Made by a program: the position numbers and the translations under genes
The notes under the pieces: model-generated
Told to the model about the DNA's origin: nothing
Seen by the model: the letters and a program-made list of their open reading frames with translations, nothing else
The model's database searches: none
Shown: piece by piece, positions 39,007 to 50,106 of the stretch
Numbering within the stretch: the stretch's first letter is position 1
Layout of the letters: each line of letters opens with the position of its first letter
Source of the DNA: Thainema sp.
Lineage (GTDB): Bacteria; Cyanobacteriota; Cyanobacteriia; Phormidesmidales; Phormidesmidaceae
Length of the DNA stretch: 64,000 nt
Assembly: GCA_052168235.1 (NCBI GenBank)
Contig: JBQLZK010000028.1
Coordinates: 1 to 64,000, forward strand
Direction: 5' to 3'

Positions 39007-41382
39007 TTATCCACGTATCGCCAAATAGCCCCAGGTGTAAGCCGTGGGCGCGATGGTATCCATCACCGTAAACTCGGTGGCGGCCAAGAATTTGTAGACA
39101 TCAAAATAAGCTTCTGCGGTTGGCCATTCTCGCGGGTCAGGAAAGGTTTCATCTTCAAATAGCTGAACCGTCCAATAATCACCAAACTGAGTCAAATCCA
39201 GAGGGCCAAAGACGGTGATGCCGGGCGGTGGTGGTTCGCCAATAACGCGCTGATCGATAGCGTTTGGATGCTGCACACTCTGCTGACCTAAACCCGTTGT
39301 GTAGACAAGATTTTGGGGATTGGCACCAGCGACAAATTGGGTGCCGAGAAGTGCGGCCTTTAGATACTTGTCATCTTGAGTCAGAGCATGGGCACGTAGA
39401 ATCGGCAGGACTTGTGGGGTACCGATGCTCTGACCCCAGCCGATGGGAGCATAAGGATTCGTTTTCACCCAGCGGAAAGCGGTATCTTGACCAAATTTCA
39501 CCAACTGATCGGCTTCTCGCAGGAGGGCTTGGTAGGCGTGCTCGTGAATCGCTTCTGCGCCTGCAACAGGTTCGAGCTGAGCATACACATAAGCCGCATC
39601 TCGTTGATCATGGCTTCTCCACTCGCGCGTCGGCACATCGGCATCGGTATACACCGTTGTTTCTAGGAAAATACCGTGCCAGAGATTATCACCCGTCAGG
39701 CGATACAGTTCGACGGCTGCGAGGTTGCGTTCATCGCGAATCCGGTAATCATCAGCGTAATCTTCTTGCTGATAAACCTGTTCGGCATAGGCCATTGCCC
39801 GTTGCGCACTATCTTGATACTCCGCTGCTAAATCCGGCTGTCGTGACTGGAGCCAGTGAGCGGCGCGGGCTGCAACACCCGCATACATGTAGCTTGACCA
39901 TATATCTGGCGCGTAGGCCATCACGTCTAACGAAGACTGCCAGCTAGTTTCGCCATACTCGGGGTGTTCTGCTGTTTCAATGCCTCCACGGATACCCCCA
40001 TCGGGCGTTTGTAGTCGTTTAAAGAAATCGAGGCTCCAAAGCGCTTCGTCAATTACATCCGGTAAGGCATTGTCTGATTCAGGAATATTCAGGCTGATTG
40101 AGCTGAGCTGAGTGGGAAACTGCTCCGCCAGTTCAAACAGCAGCCGGGGAATCTGCAAGTGCTGAATCCGTCGATCCCAATCACCAGCGTCGAAATAGCC
40201 ACCCCAGGCATTGGGTACAACCTCATTCGTCTTACCCTCTAAGAGGGCTGCAAAGGCATTTTGCTCACCAATACCCATATTGGTGTCCATCAGCTTCGCG
40301 TCGGACTGATACACCACGACGCCATCATCAGGATGGAAGGGGCGAGGGCGCTTAACTGTGGTGTATGGTGGGCTGAGTTCAATGCCGCTGCGCTGATGAT
40401 AAAGACCGCGCGTAGAGGTGATAAATGCCTGCTGCCAAGCGCCCATTTCAATGGGAAAGGAGAATGAGCAGCCCACGGTATCGACACAAACGCGATACTC
40501 GCCTGGTTGGTTGAACTCGCTGAAGTCGAGGGTATAAACATCCGTTAGGGTATAGTCGCGATCGCGCGGATCTTCCTTGGCGTCTTTTCGATGCGTCAGC
40601 TGGGCTTGTCCGGTATAGACTGCTTGGTCGGTTGCCTCGTCAACCAAGGAAAATGATGGCGTGTTCGGATAGCCTAAGCTGCCGCCGTTGCCCATCCAGA
40701 GGGAGAGAAACGCCACCTTTGCCGGATCATCGGGCCGAAAGCCAATTTGGGAGACATGCACCGCTTCGCTACGGATAGACTGCGGCTGATAGTCAAACGT
40801 GATGTTTTGCAAGCGCCCGTCTTGAAACTGCACATCATAGGTATTGCCCGGTGTCAGATCGGTGGGCAACTGTAAGTAAATGCGGTGCTCAAGCGGCCAT
40901 TCATGTGTATTTGGCCCAGTTTGTGCCCAGTCGGTTGGGCGAGTTTTACGGTAGACCGCTGTGGGTGTCATCGGTTGACGGTAGGCCGGATCAGTGCGGG
41001 AAACAATCTGATAGCTACTGGTGCGATCGGCCCAGTTGGGACTGAGAAACTCACCTTCCACCCGGTCATAGGTATACAAAATATCCTCATCTTTACCAAT
41101 CAGCGTGCCGATCGTTTGGCCGTTACGCTGAACCTGTGGCTGTAGCTGGTCATCTTTCGTCGGGCGCTGGTCGCCGGGCTGAGGCTGATAGGGAAGCTGT
41201 TCGGCATAGTTCACTTCACCATTTTCAACTGCGATCGCAAGTACATCTTGCCGGACGGTATACACCTGCTGCACAGGTAAGCGGTCGGTTTGCTGCAAGA
41301 AAGACAAAGCACAAGATCCTGTCATTACAATCAGCAGCGTGGCAAAAGCGAGTCTAATAAACCAACGACGTCCTCGGCGCAT
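39007..41382 (-). CDS. Glycoside hydrolase family 9 with Ig-like domain
   Basis: VSQIGFRP, LYHQRSG, GGYFDAGD, GANP..YTTGLG, terminal EFT; signal peptide. Confidence 0.85.
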   Translation of the reverse strand: MRRGRRWFIRLAFATLLIVMTGSCALSFLQQTDRLPVQQVYTVRQDVLAIAVENGEVNYAEQLPYQPQPGDQRPTKDDQLQPQVQRNGQTIGTLIGKDEDILYTYDRVEGEFLSPNWADRTSSYQIVSRTDPAYRQPMTPTAVYRKTRPTDWAQTGPNTHEWPLEHRIYLQLPTDLTPGNTYDVQFQDGRLQNITFDYQPQSIRSEAVHVSQIGFRPDDPAKVAFLSLWMGNGGSLGYPNTPSFSLVDEATDQAVYTGQAQLTHRKDAKEDPRDRDYTLTDVYTLDFSEFNQPGEYRVCVDTVGCSFSFPIEMGAWQQAFITSTRGLYHQRSGIELSPPYTTVKRPRPFHPDDGVVVYQSDAKLMDTNMGIGEQNAFAALLEGKTNEVVPNAWGGYFDAGDWDRRIQHLQIPRLLFELAEQFPTQLSSISLNIPESDNALPDVIDEALWSLDFFKRLQTPDGGIRGGIETAEHPEYGETSWQSSLDVMAYAPDIWSSYMYAGVAARAAHWLQSRQPDLAAEYQDSAQRAMAYAEQVYQQEDYADDYRIRDERNLAAVELYRLTGDNLWHGIFLETTVYTDADVPTREWRSHDQRDAAYVYAQLEPVAGAEAIHEHAYQALLREADQLVKFGQDTAFRWVKTNPYAPIGWGQSIGTPQVLPILRAHALTQDDKYLKAALLGTQFVAGANPQNLVYTTGLGQQSVQHPNAIDQRVIGEPPPPGITVFGPLDLTQFGDYWTVQLFEDETFPDPREWPTAEAYFDVYKFLAATEFTVMDTIAPTAYTWGYLAIRG

Positions 41383-41786
41383 AAGTAAAACCCAGTTAGT
41401 AAATCCGGATAGCAAAGCTAGTGGTTGGCCCCAGTGTGTTGGGTGATGTGAATTCCCCTAGGAGTTCATGCCACCCAACACACTGGACGCTGTACTAGAG
41501 TGGCGTGTTGCCTTTCCTACACTGCCACATCTTTTAATCTGCTGTAGCGTTAGGCGAATGAGAACCGTAAAACGGTTGATTCGTCTAGATTTCACGATTT
41601 GAGCTATAGGAGTTTACGGTGCCTTAAAAATTATTGCCGAAGGCTTTGTGAAGGGTTTTACTCGTGCGTGACTTAACGATCTGATGACAGATAGACCTCA
41701 CATAACCCTAACAATTTATAGTTCTGTAAAACTTGTCTACATACGCCGTGATAAATCAGATACCGTGAGGTTGTAGGAACAGTTTG

Positions 41787-42021
41787 GAAGAGAGACTAAA
41801 ACAACATTTTCTGAACAAAAATCAGCTTGGAAAATATGTTCACAAAAATAGCCCTTTGATGGAGCTAAATGGACTTAAACAATTTGGCTATTTCTCTGCT
41901 CAGCTTTCTCAGTATTGATATCAAATTCCGCATGAATCATAGATTGACACGTGTTGGTGAGTATCAAAAATATGGGCAGACTAGAATTGGCTCAAGGATC
42001 TGAAGAGAGACTAAAACAACA
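41787..42021. repeat. Exact 20-bp direct repeat in the hox upstream region (41787-41806, 42002-42021)
   Basis: gaagagagactaaaacaaca twice. Confidence 0.8.
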
Positions 42022-42397
42022 CAAATCGAGCAAAAGTCGCTGTAGCAAAATCTTGACATCATCCTGACATTGATGCGATCGCAATTAGATAGAAAAGCGA
42101 CTGAATAGAAGAGCAGATTGCTCACTTTTGGGCCAGTTAAATGTCACGCATTGATTCACAAAAAGCAGTTCAGATTTTATTTTTTCTTAAGGCAGTTGGT
42201 ACTCTTTAGAGCTTTAGTTGGCGATTAGAATATTCGTGTCTTGTCAATGCTCGCTTTAAGACGATTAACAGCTCAGATTCGGAGATATTGGGGTGATCCA
42301 ATCTTGGCTTTAGCCTGCGTTTCAAATGTAAATAATTGCTTAAGTCTGACTGCTCCTTACATCCCTGCTCCCTTCGTTGCTTCATGAGGAAATGTTT

Positions 42398-42940
42398 ATG
42401 ATTGCCACCTCTAGCACCACGCCCACAGACGAAACCAACGCCAAGACCTCACTGAATAAACCCGATCAACCTGCTGCCGATCGTCGTTTTAAGCGGCTCG
42501 ATATGACGATGAAGCGGCATCAACACCGAGGGGATGCCCTGATTGAAGTTTTGCATGCGGCACAGGATGCCTTTGGTTATCTCGAAGAAGATGTGCTGGC
42601 CTATATCGCTCAGGGCCTGAAGCTGCCGCTGAGCCGGGTGTACGGCGTTGCCACGTTTTACCATCTGTTTTCGCTGAAGCCCAGCGGTGCCCATAGCTGC
42701 GTCGTCTGTATGGGCACCGCCTGCTATGTCAAAGGCAGCGGCAAGGTGATGGATGCACTGCAGGCTGAGCTGGGTGTCGAGGCTGGAGAAACTACGCCGG
42801 ATGGTCAGGTTTCGCTGATGGCGGCCCGCTGCTTGGGAGCCTGTGGTATTGCTCCGGCGGCTGTATTTGATGGCACAGTGGCGGGCAAGTTGGATGCCAA
42901 TACTGCCTTGGCGAAGGTTAAAGCCTGGGAGCAGGAATAA
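42398..42940 (+). CDS. hoxE: Bidirectional hydrogenase diaphorase subunit E
   Basis: VYGVATFYH, CMGTACYVKG, RCLGACG. Confidence 0.95.
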   Translation: MIATSSTTPTDETNAKTSLNKPDQPAADRRFKRLDMTMKRHQHRGDALIEVLHAAQDAFGYLEEDVLAYIAQGLKLPLSRVYGVATFYHLFSLKPSGAHSCVVCMGTACYVKGSGKVMDALQAELGVEAGETTPDGQVSLMAARCLGACGIAPAAVFDGTVAGKLDANTALAKVKAWEQE

Positions 42941-43067
42941 CGAGTCAAGAAAACGAGTCAAGACGATCTGCATCAACGCGAACGGCTGACGTTATGACAC
43001 CACCCCACCTATCGGCATGATTCTCGACATGATGAGTCTGCAACGGTGAACAAGGAGAATTTTGATT

Positions 43068-44717
43068 ATGGATTTAACCGAATTAAGAGAAGTTGCTGCG
43101 GCTGAGAGAGCGCGCCAAAAGCCGATTCGAATTCACTGCTGCACCTCCACAGGTTGTCGAGCTGCCCAGTCCACAGCGGTGATGGCGAATATGCAGGCGG
43201 CTGTGGAAGAAGCTGAATTGTGCGATCGCATCGAAGTGGTGGGTGTGGGCTGCATGGGGTTCTGTGGACGGGGGCCACTGGTGCAGGTTGATCCCAGTGA
43301 TGATTTGTATGAGGAAGTGGTACCGGAGGATGCGGCCAGTATCATTAGCGCCCTGAATGGCGGCGAGGCTAAGCCGATCAAGGGCGACCCGCAGCACCCC
43401 TTCTTTGCCCGCCAGCAGAAGATTGTGCGGAAGCACAGCGGCAAGGTTGATCCGGAGCGGATTGAAGAGTATATCGCCGTCGGTGGCTACGAGTCGCTGT
43501 ATAAAGCGCTGTATGAGATGACGCCAGCAGAGGTGGTGGCGGAAATCAGCAATAGCGGTCTGCGTGGGCGGGGCGGCGGTGGCTATCCCACGGGCCTGAA
43601 GTGGGCGACGGTGGCCAAAATGCCCGGCGATCAGAAGTACGTCATCTGCAATGGTGACGAGGGCGATCCCGGTGCGTTTATGGATCGGAGCGTCTTGGAG
43701 AGCGATCCCCACCTGGTTCTGGAAGGAATGGCGATCGCAGGCTATGCGATTGGGGCTAATCACGGCTACATCTACGTGCGGGCCGAGTATCCCCTGGCGA
43801 TTAAGCGGCTGCAAAAAGCGATTCAGCAGGCGAAAAAGTATGGCCTGATGGGTAGCCAGATTTTCGACTCGCCCTTTGACTTCAAGGTAGACATTCGGAT
43901 TGGCGCAGGCGCATTTGTCTGTGGAGAAGAAACGGCGCTGATCTTCTCGATTGAAGGCAAGCGCGGCAATCCGCGTCCCCGTCCGCCCTATCCGGCTCAG
44001 TCCGGTTTGTGGGACTGCCCGACGCTGATTAACAACGTCGAAACCTTTGCCAATATTGCCACCATCGTCCAGAAAGGCGCTGACTGGTACGCCAGCATTG
44101 GCACCGAAAAGAGCAAGGGCACCAAGATCTTTGCGCTGACGGGCAAGATTCTCAACAATGGCCTGATTGAAGTGCCAATGGGGATCACGCTGCGGGAAAT
44201 TGTGGAGGAAATGGGCGGCGGCGTGCCCGATGGCGAAGTGAAGGCGGTGCAGACAGGCGGCCCGTCCGGTGGCTGCATTCCGGCTTCCATGCTAGATACG
44301 CCAGTGGACTATGACTCCCTGATGCAGATTGGCTCAATGATGGGTTCTGGCGGCATGGTGGTGATGGATCAAACCACCAGCATGGTTGAGGTAGCTCGCT
44401 TCTATATGGAGTTCTGCCGGGGTGAAACCTGCGGTAAGTGCGTTCCCTGCCGGACGGGGACGGTACAGCTTTATGCCATGCTGACCAAGCTGGTGAATGG
44501 AGACGCCACCGAAGCGGATTTGGAGCGGATGAAAGCCCTTTGCTACATGGTGAAAGAAACCAGCCTCTGTGGCTTAGGCATGACGGCTCCCAACCCGATT
44601 CTGAGTACGCTGCACTTTTTTCCCGAAGAATATCAAGTGCTGTTGCGATCGCCTGCCTATCTGGACGCTACGCATAATGGCAAATCCGCCGATGCCGCGA
44701 CCGTTTCAGCCTCCTAA
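43068..44717 (+). CDS. hoxF: Bidirectional hydrogenase diaphorase subunit F
   Basis: [38 protein letters not shown]. Confidence 0.95.
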   Translation: MDLTELREVAAAERARQKPIRIHCCTSTGCRAAQSTAVMANMQAAVEEAELCDRIEVVGVGCMGFCGRGPLVQVDPSDDLYEEVVPEDAASIISALNGGEAKPIKGDPQHPFFARQQKIVRKHSGKVDPERIEEYIAVGGYESLYKALYEMTPAEVVAEISNSGLRGRGGGGYPTGLKWATVAKMPGDQKYVICNGDEGDPGAFMDRSVLESDPHLVLEGMAIAGYAIGANHGYIYVRAEYPLAIKRLQKAIQQAKKYGLMGSQIFDSPFDFKVDIRIGAGAFVCGEETALIFSIEGKRGNPRPRPPYPAQSGLWDCPTLINNVETFANIATIVQKGADWYASIGTEKSKGTKIFALTGKILNNGLIEVPMGITLREIVEEMGGGVPDGEVKAVQTGGPSGGCIPASMLDTPVDYDSLMQIGSMMGSGGMVVMDQTTSMVEVARFYMEFCRGETCGKCVPCRTGTVQLYAMLTKLVNGDATEADLERMKALCYMVKETSLCGLGMTAPNPILSTLHFFPEEYQVLLRSPAYLDATHNGKSADAATVSAS

Positions 44718-44740
44718 CTGTTTTCCCTACGAAACGCCTG

Positions 44741-44807
44741 GTAGGGGCGGGTTTAGCCCATAAATGGGAATTTCGATTCAAATCTGATCCACAAAACCCC
44801 CTCTTAC
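44741..44807. repeat. GTAG-type REP-like element
   Basis: gtaggggcgggttt...aaaaccccctcttac. Confidence 0.55.
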
Positions 44808-44887
44808 GATACGCACGACATAACCTTTCGCGTTCGATATATCCAGCGTTGTTTCAACGCCTATCGCTAAAACGGGATTCTTTAATC

Positions 44888-47563
44888 ATGAAGGTCAACA
44901 CTATCGACGATCTCAATGCCCTGGTTGCTCAAGTCAAAGCGGCGCAGGCGCAATATGCCAACTTTACTCAGAACCAAGTTGATCAAATCTTCAAGCGGGC
45001 GGCGCTCAAAGCGAATGATGCTCGTATCGCTCTGGCCAAACTGGCTGTCGCTGAAACTCAGATGGGCATCGTGGAGGACAAGGTGATCAAGAATCACTTT
45101 GCGTCTGAGTACATCTACAACAAATACAAGAACGAGAAAACTTGTGGAGCCATCGAAACGGATAACACCTACGGCTTCCAGAAAATTGCTGAACCAATTG
45201 GGGTTCTAGCAGGAATCATCCCGGTGACGAATCCCACCTCGACGACGATTTTCAAGGCATTACTGGCGCTGAAAACCCGCAACGCAATTATTTTTTCGCC
45301 CCATCCCCGCGCCAAGGGCTGTACGGCGGAAGCTGCTCGCATCGTGCTCGAAGCGGCAGTAGAAGCGGGTGCGCCGGAGCATATTATCGCCTGGATGGAT
45401 GATCCGACGATTGAGCTGTCCCAGGCGCTGATGCAGCATCCGGAAGTGAAGCTGATTCTGGCGACGGGCGGCCCCGGCATGGTGAAAGCAGCTTATTCTT
45501 CAGGCCACCCGGCTTTAGGCGTCGGGGCGGGCAACACGCCAGCGGTGATTGACGAAACGGCGCACCTGAAGATGGCGGTGTCGTCGATTCTGCTCAGCAA
45601 AACCTTTGACCACGGCATGATCTGCGCCTCGGAGCAGTCCATCGTCGTCGTCGATGAAATTTACGATGAAGTGAAACAGGAACTGTGCGATCGCGGCGCT
45701 TATATCTTGACTACCGATGAAAAAGAAAAGGTAGGCCAGCAGATTATCGTCAACGGACGGTTAAATGCCGGAATTGTGGGTCAATCGGTATCTGGTATTG
45801 CAGATTTAGCGGGAATTACGATTCCGGATCACGTCAAGGTGCTGGTGGGCGAAGTCGATGCAATTGACCACGACGAACCCTTTGCCTACGAAAAGCTATC
45901 GCCGATCCTGGCCATGTACCGAGCCAAGTCCTTTGATGATGCGGTCAGCAAGGCGCAAAAGCTGGTGGATTTGGGCGGTCGGGGCCACACGTCGGTGCTC
46001 TATACCGCGCCCGCTAATCAGCAGCGGATTGAGAAGTTTGAGCAGGCGGTGCAGACGGCACGGGTGCTAATCAATACGCCGTCTTCGCAAGGAGCAATTG
46101 GCGACCTGTATAACTTCCGACTCGATCCCTCGCTCACCCTGGGCTGCGGCACCTGGGGCGGCAACTCCGTCAGCGAAAACGTGGGGCCAAAGCACCTGCT
46201 CAATATCAAGAGCGTGTCCGAGCGGCGAGAAAACATGCTGTGGTTCCGCATTCCGCCCAAGATTTACTTCAAGTACGGCTGCTTACCCGTGGCACTGCGG
46301 GATCTGGCGGGCAAACAGCGGGCGCTGATCGTGACCGACAAACCGCTCTATGAGCTAGGCATGACTCGCACCGTGGAAGCCGTGCTGGACGACATCGGCA
46401 TCAAATACGACATCTTCTACGATGTCGAACCCGATCCCTCGCTCGATACCGTGAATCGGGGACTGGCGCTGATGAATCGCTTCAATCCCGATGTGATTAT
46501 TGCTTTTGGCGGCGGGTCGCCGATGGATGCGGCCAAGGTGATGTGGCTGATGTATGAACAGCCGGACATCGAATTTGAAGGGATGGCCATGCGGTTTATG
46601 GATATCCGCAAGCGGGTGTATGAGTTCCCGACGACGCTGGGCGCAAAAGCTACGCTGGTCTGCATTCCCACTACCTCTGGCACGGGTTCCGAGGTGACGC
46701 CGTTTGCCGTTGTGACCGACAACCGGACGGGGATCAAGTATCCCATTGCCGACTATGCGCTGACGCCCCACATGGCGATCGTTGATCCCCAGTTGGTGAT
46801 GAACATGCCCAAGTCGCTGACGGCCTTTGGCGGCATTGATGCGCTGACTCATGCGCTGGAAGCCTACGTGTCGGTCTGTGCCTCGGAATTCACGAATGGG
46901 CAAGCCCTGGAAGCGATTCGCCTGCTGTTCAAATATCTGCCCAGTGCCTACAAAAACGGAGCCAACGATCCGAAGGCGCGGGAGAAGGTTCACTATGCCG
47001 CGACGATGGCGGGGATGGCCTTTGCCAACGGCTTCCTAGGTATCTGCCACTCGCTGGCCCACAAGCTGGGTTCCACGTTCCACATTCCCCACGGCTTGGC
47101 CAATGCGCTGATGATTTCGCACGTCATCCGCTACAACGCCACCGATGCGCCGTTTAAGCAGGCCATCTTCCCGCAGTACAAGTATCCCAATGCCAAGTGG
47201 CGCTACGCCCGGATTGCCGATTACCTGCAGCTCGGCGGAGCCGACGAGGATGAAAAAGTGGATCGCTTAATCGCCGCCATTGAGCAGCTTAAGGCTGCTG
47301 TTGACATTCCCACCGCCATCCGCGATGTGATTCCGGCTAAGACAGCAGACTTTTACCAGATGGTGCAGGATATGGCCGAGCAAGCCTTTGACGACCAATG
47401 CACGGGCACCAATCCCCGCTATCCGCTGATTGAAGACCTGAAGCAGTTATATATTCAAGCCTTTGAAGGAGAACGCCCCGTGGCCGTGATCGATCTGAAT
47501 CAGGTGCTGCAGTTGAGCAATGGTCACGCCTCAGACTGGACGCATGAGGAGGTCAAGATTTAG
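44888..47563 (+). CDS. adhE: Bifunctional acetaldehyde-CoA/alcohol dehydrogenase
   Basis: ICASEQ, EKLSP, LGCGTWGGNS linker, GGGSPMD, GICHSLAHKLG. Confidence 0.95.
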   Translation: MKVNTIDDLNALVAQVKAAQAQYANFTQNQVDQIFKRAALKANDARIALAKLAVAETQMGIVEDKVIKNHFASEYIYNKYKNEKTCGAIETDNTYGFQKIAEPIGVLAGIIPVTNPTSTTIFKALLALKTRNAIIFSPHPRAKGCTAEAARIVLEAAVEAGAPEHIIAWMDDPTIELSQALMQHPEVKLILATGGPGMVKAAYSSGHPALGVGAGNTPAVIDETAHLKMAVSSILLSKTFDHGMICASEQSIVVVDEIYDEVKQELCDRGAYILTTDEKEKVGQQIIVNGRLNAGIVGQSVSGIADLAGITIPDHVKVLVGEVDAIDHDEPFAYEKLSPILAMYRAKSFDDAVSKAQKLVDLGGRGHTSVLYTAPANQQRIEKFEQAVQTARVLINTPSSQGAIGDLYNFRLDPSLTLGCGTWGGNSVSENVGPKHLLNIKSVSERRENMLWFRIPPKIYFKYGCLPVALRDLAGKQRALIVTDKPLYELGMTRTVEAVLDDIGIKYDIFYDVEPDPSLDTVNRGLALMNRFNPDVIIAFGGGSPMDAAKVMWLMYEQPDIEFEGMAMRFMDIRKRVYEFPTTLGAKATLVCIPTTSGTGSEVTPFAVVTDNRTGIKYPIADYALTPHMAIVDPQLVMNMPKSLTAFGGIDALTHALEAYVSVCASEFTNGQALEAIRLLFKYLPSAYKNGANDPKAREKVHYAATMAGMAFANGFLGICHSLAHKLGSTFHIPHGLANALMISHVIRYNATDAPFKQAIFPQYKYPNAKWRYARIADYLQLGGADEDEKVDRLIAAIEQLKAAVDIPTAIRDVIPAKTADFYQMVQDMAEQAFDDQCTGTNPRYPLIEDLKQLYIQAFEGERPVAVIDLNQVLQLSNGHASDWTHEEVKI

Positions 47564-47599
47564 GCAAGTTGCGGTGGAAGATGCGATCGCACTCTGTCA

Positions 47600-47675
47600 A
47601 TGAGTCAATGCCGATGAGTCAATGCCGATGAGTCAATGCCGATGAGTCAATGCGGGTGGGCACTGCCCACCCTAC
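47600..47675. repeat. 14-bp tandem repeat (ATGAGTCAATGCCG) x3.9 followed by a REP palindrome
   Basis: Directly visible; gggtgggca-c-tgcccaccctac at 47654-47675. Confidence 0.85.
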
Positions 47676-47755
47676 CCGAAAACGGTCCAATACAAGGTTG
47701 GCAAACACGGTGAACATCTACATGCCCCACACTGAATATCGTTTGGGAGGACTGC

Positions 47756-48775
47756 ATGATGTATAGACATGTCATCATTACCCAGCACGGTGGCTCCGAG
47801 GTTTTGCAGCTAGTTGAAGATGAGTTGCCGGAACCCGCCGCTGATCAAGTCCGGGTGCGAGTGTTGGCGACCGGAGCGGCCTTCACGGATGTGCTGATTC
47901 GGGAGGGACTGTATCCCGGTGTGCCCAAACCGCCATTTTCACCCGGATATGAAGTGGTTGGCCTGGTGGATCAGGTTGGGGCGAACGTAACCAATGTGCA
48001 GCCAGGGCAGCGGGTTGCGGCTCTCACTGTCACGGGTGGCTACAGCGAGTTTATCTGCTTGCCAGCCGAGGAACTGGTGCCCGTCCCCGACGGCGTAGAC
48101 TCTGCCGAAGTAGCCTGTTTAGTGTTGCAATATGTGACGGCGTATCAACTCCTGCATCGGGTGGCGCACGTGCAGCCAGGGCAGCGGCTGCTGATTCACG
48201 GGGCGGCGGGCGGTGTCGGGACGGCGCTACTTGAACTCGGCCAGTCGTTGAACCTAGAGATGTACGGCACGGCGTCGGCTGGCAAGCACGACTTGGTGCG
48301 GCAACTGGGCGGCACTCCCATTGACTATCGCCACGAGGACTTTTGCGATCGCATTCGTGAACTGACGACCGACGGGGTTGATGTCGTGTTCGACGGCATT
48401 GGCGGCACGCATTTACTGGCCTCACACCGAGCCTTGGCACCTAAAGGGCAACTCGTTTGCTACGGCTTTTCAGCAGCATTGAAATCCACCCAGCGCTGGC
48501 GCTCACTGGCGACCACGTTTGCGCTGATTGCAGGGCTGAAGCTTTGGCCCGATGGTCGCCAGCTCTCGTTTTACAGCATCACGGGCATGAAACAGGCGCA
48601 TCCTGACTGGTTCAAAGCCGATCTGACCACTTTGATGGATGAGCTGAAAGCGGGCACCATCCGCCCGATTATTGCCCAGCGCTTGCCGCTACAGGAGGCA
48701 CCCGCCGCCCATCGGCTGCTGGAGCAGTCTGCCGTTCAGGGACAACTGGTGCTGATGTGCGATCGCAATCTCTAA
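47756..48775 (+). CDS. Medium-chain dehydrogenase/reductase (quinone oxidoreductase-like)
   Basis: PGYEVVG, HGAAGGVG, DVVFDGIGG; no Zn cysteine cluster. Confidence 0.85.
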   Translation: MMYRHVIITQHGGSEVLQLVEDELPEPAADQVRVRVLATGAAFTDVLIREGLYPGVPKPPFSPGYEVVGLVDQVGANVTNVQPGQRVAALTVTGGYSEFICLPAEELVPVPDGVDSAEVACLVLQYVTAYQLLHRVAHVQPGQRLLIHGAAGGVGTALLELGQSLNLEMYGTASAGKHDLVRQLGGTPIDYRHEDFCDRIRELTTDGVDVVFDGIGGTHLLASHRALAPKGQLVCYGFSAALKSTQRWRSLATTFALIAGLKLWPDGRQLSFYSITGMKQAHPDWFKADLTTLMDELKAGTIRPIIAQRLPLQEAPAAHRLLEQSAVQGQLVLMCDRNL

Positions 48776-48797
48776 TTAACGTTCGAGGGGAAATGGT

Positions 48798-49514
48798 ATG
48801 GCAGTTAAAACACTCAAAATTGACGATCAGGATATTGCGATCGCAGAAGGCGCGTCTATCCTGGAGGCCGCCAAAGAAGCGGGCGTACGGATTCCAACTC
48901 TGTGCTTTTTGGAAGGGGTCAGCTCCGTGGGAGCCTGCCGTCTCTGCCTGGTGGAAATCGAAGGCAGCAATAAACTTTTGCCCGCCTGCGTCACCGAAGT
49001 GGCCGAAGGCATGGTGGTGCATACCCAAACGCCCAAGCTGCAAGAGTATCGCCGCATGGCCGTGGAGCTGATTTTTGCCGAGGGCAATCACGTCTGCTCA
49101 ATCTGCGTGGCCAACGGCAACTGCGAACTGCAAGATGTCGCCATCGAAGTCGGCATGGATCACTCCCGCTTTGCCTATCGCTTCCCGGATCGGGGCGTGG
49201 ACTTGTCTCACGACCTGTTTGGCATTGATCACAACCGCTGCATCCTCTGCACCCGCTGCGTCCGCGTCTGCGACGAGATTGAGGGGGCACACGTTTGGGA
49301 TGTGGCCAATCGGGGCGCGGCTTGCTATATCGTCTCCGGTCTGAATCAGCCCTGGGGCGATGTCAGCGCCTGCACCTCCTGCGGCAAATGCGTCGATGCC
49401 TGCCCCACCGGATCGATTTTCCACAAGGGCGAAACCACAGGCGAAAAAATCCGCGATCGCGACAAGTTCGCTTTCCTATCTACCGCACGGGAGAAACACG
49501 AATGGACAAGATAA
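48798..49514 (+). CDS. hoxU: Bidirectional hydrogenase subunit U
   Basis: IPTLC, GACRLC, HVCSIC, CILCTRC, CTSCGKC. Confidence 0.95.
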   Translation: MAVKTLKIDDQDIAIAEGASILEAAKEAGVRIPTLCFLEGVSSVGACRLCLVEIEGSNKLLPACVTEVAEGMVVHTQTPKLQEYRRMAVELIFAEGNHVCSICVANGNCELQDVAIEVGMDHSRFAYRFPDRGVDLSHDLFGIDHNRCILCTRCVRVCDEIEGAHVWDVANRGAACYIVSGLNQPWGDVSACTSCGKCVDACPTGSIFHKGETTGEKIRDRDKFAFLSTAREKHEWTR

Positions 49515-50053
49515 AGTTTGCCACGGTTTGGCTAGCGGGCTGTTCCGGTTGCCACATGTCATTTCTCGATCTGGATGAGTTTCTGATTGAGCTGGCGGGT
49601 TTAGTAGACGTGGTCTACAGTCCGGTCGCCTCGGATCTGAAAGACTATCCCGACGGCGTGGATGTTTGCCTGGTGGAAGGCGCAGTAGCCAACGAAGAAA
49701 ACCTGGAGCTGATTTACCAAGTGCGCCGCCGCACCAAACTGCTGATTTCCTTTGGTGACTGCGCGGTGACGGCTAACGTGCCCGCCATGCGGAACCTGCT
49801 GCGGGAGGGAGCCAAGCCCGTCCTGGAGCGTGGCTATTTGGAACTGGCGGACGAAAATCCCCATTTACCCCACGCACCAGGCATCGTGCCGGAACTGCTA
49901 GATCGCGTTTTGCCAGTGCATGAAGTGGTGCCCATTGATATTTTCATGCCCGGTTGTCCACCCTCAGCAGATCGGATTCGCGCCACGTTGGAGCCGCTGC
50001 TCCAGGGGCAGGCACCGGAAATGGTAGGCCGCGACATGATCAAATTTGGTTAA
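49502..50053 (+). CDS. hoxY: Bidirectional hydrogenase small subunit
   Basis: LAGCSGCHMS, GDCA, PGCPP. Confidence 0.95.
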   Translation: MDKIKFATVWLAGCSGCHMSFLDLDEFLIELAGLVDVVYSPVASDLKDYPDGVDVCLVEGAVANEENLELIYQVRRRTKLLISFGDCAVTANVPAMRNLLREGAKPVLERGYLELADENPHLPHAPGIVPELLDRVLPVHEVVPIDIFMPGCPPSADRIRATLEPLLQGQAPEMVGRDMIKFG

Positions 50054-50106
50054 TTTAGTTAATTTAATGATTTCACTTGACTGGGAGAAGCAAAGGAGAA
50101 TTGGCC

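Noticed and set aside
41416..42397. NtcA, LexA, FNR or CRP sites upstream of hoxE
   Set aside because: Candidate half-sites have the wrong spacing (e.g. GTA-N9-TAC near 41725); not supportable
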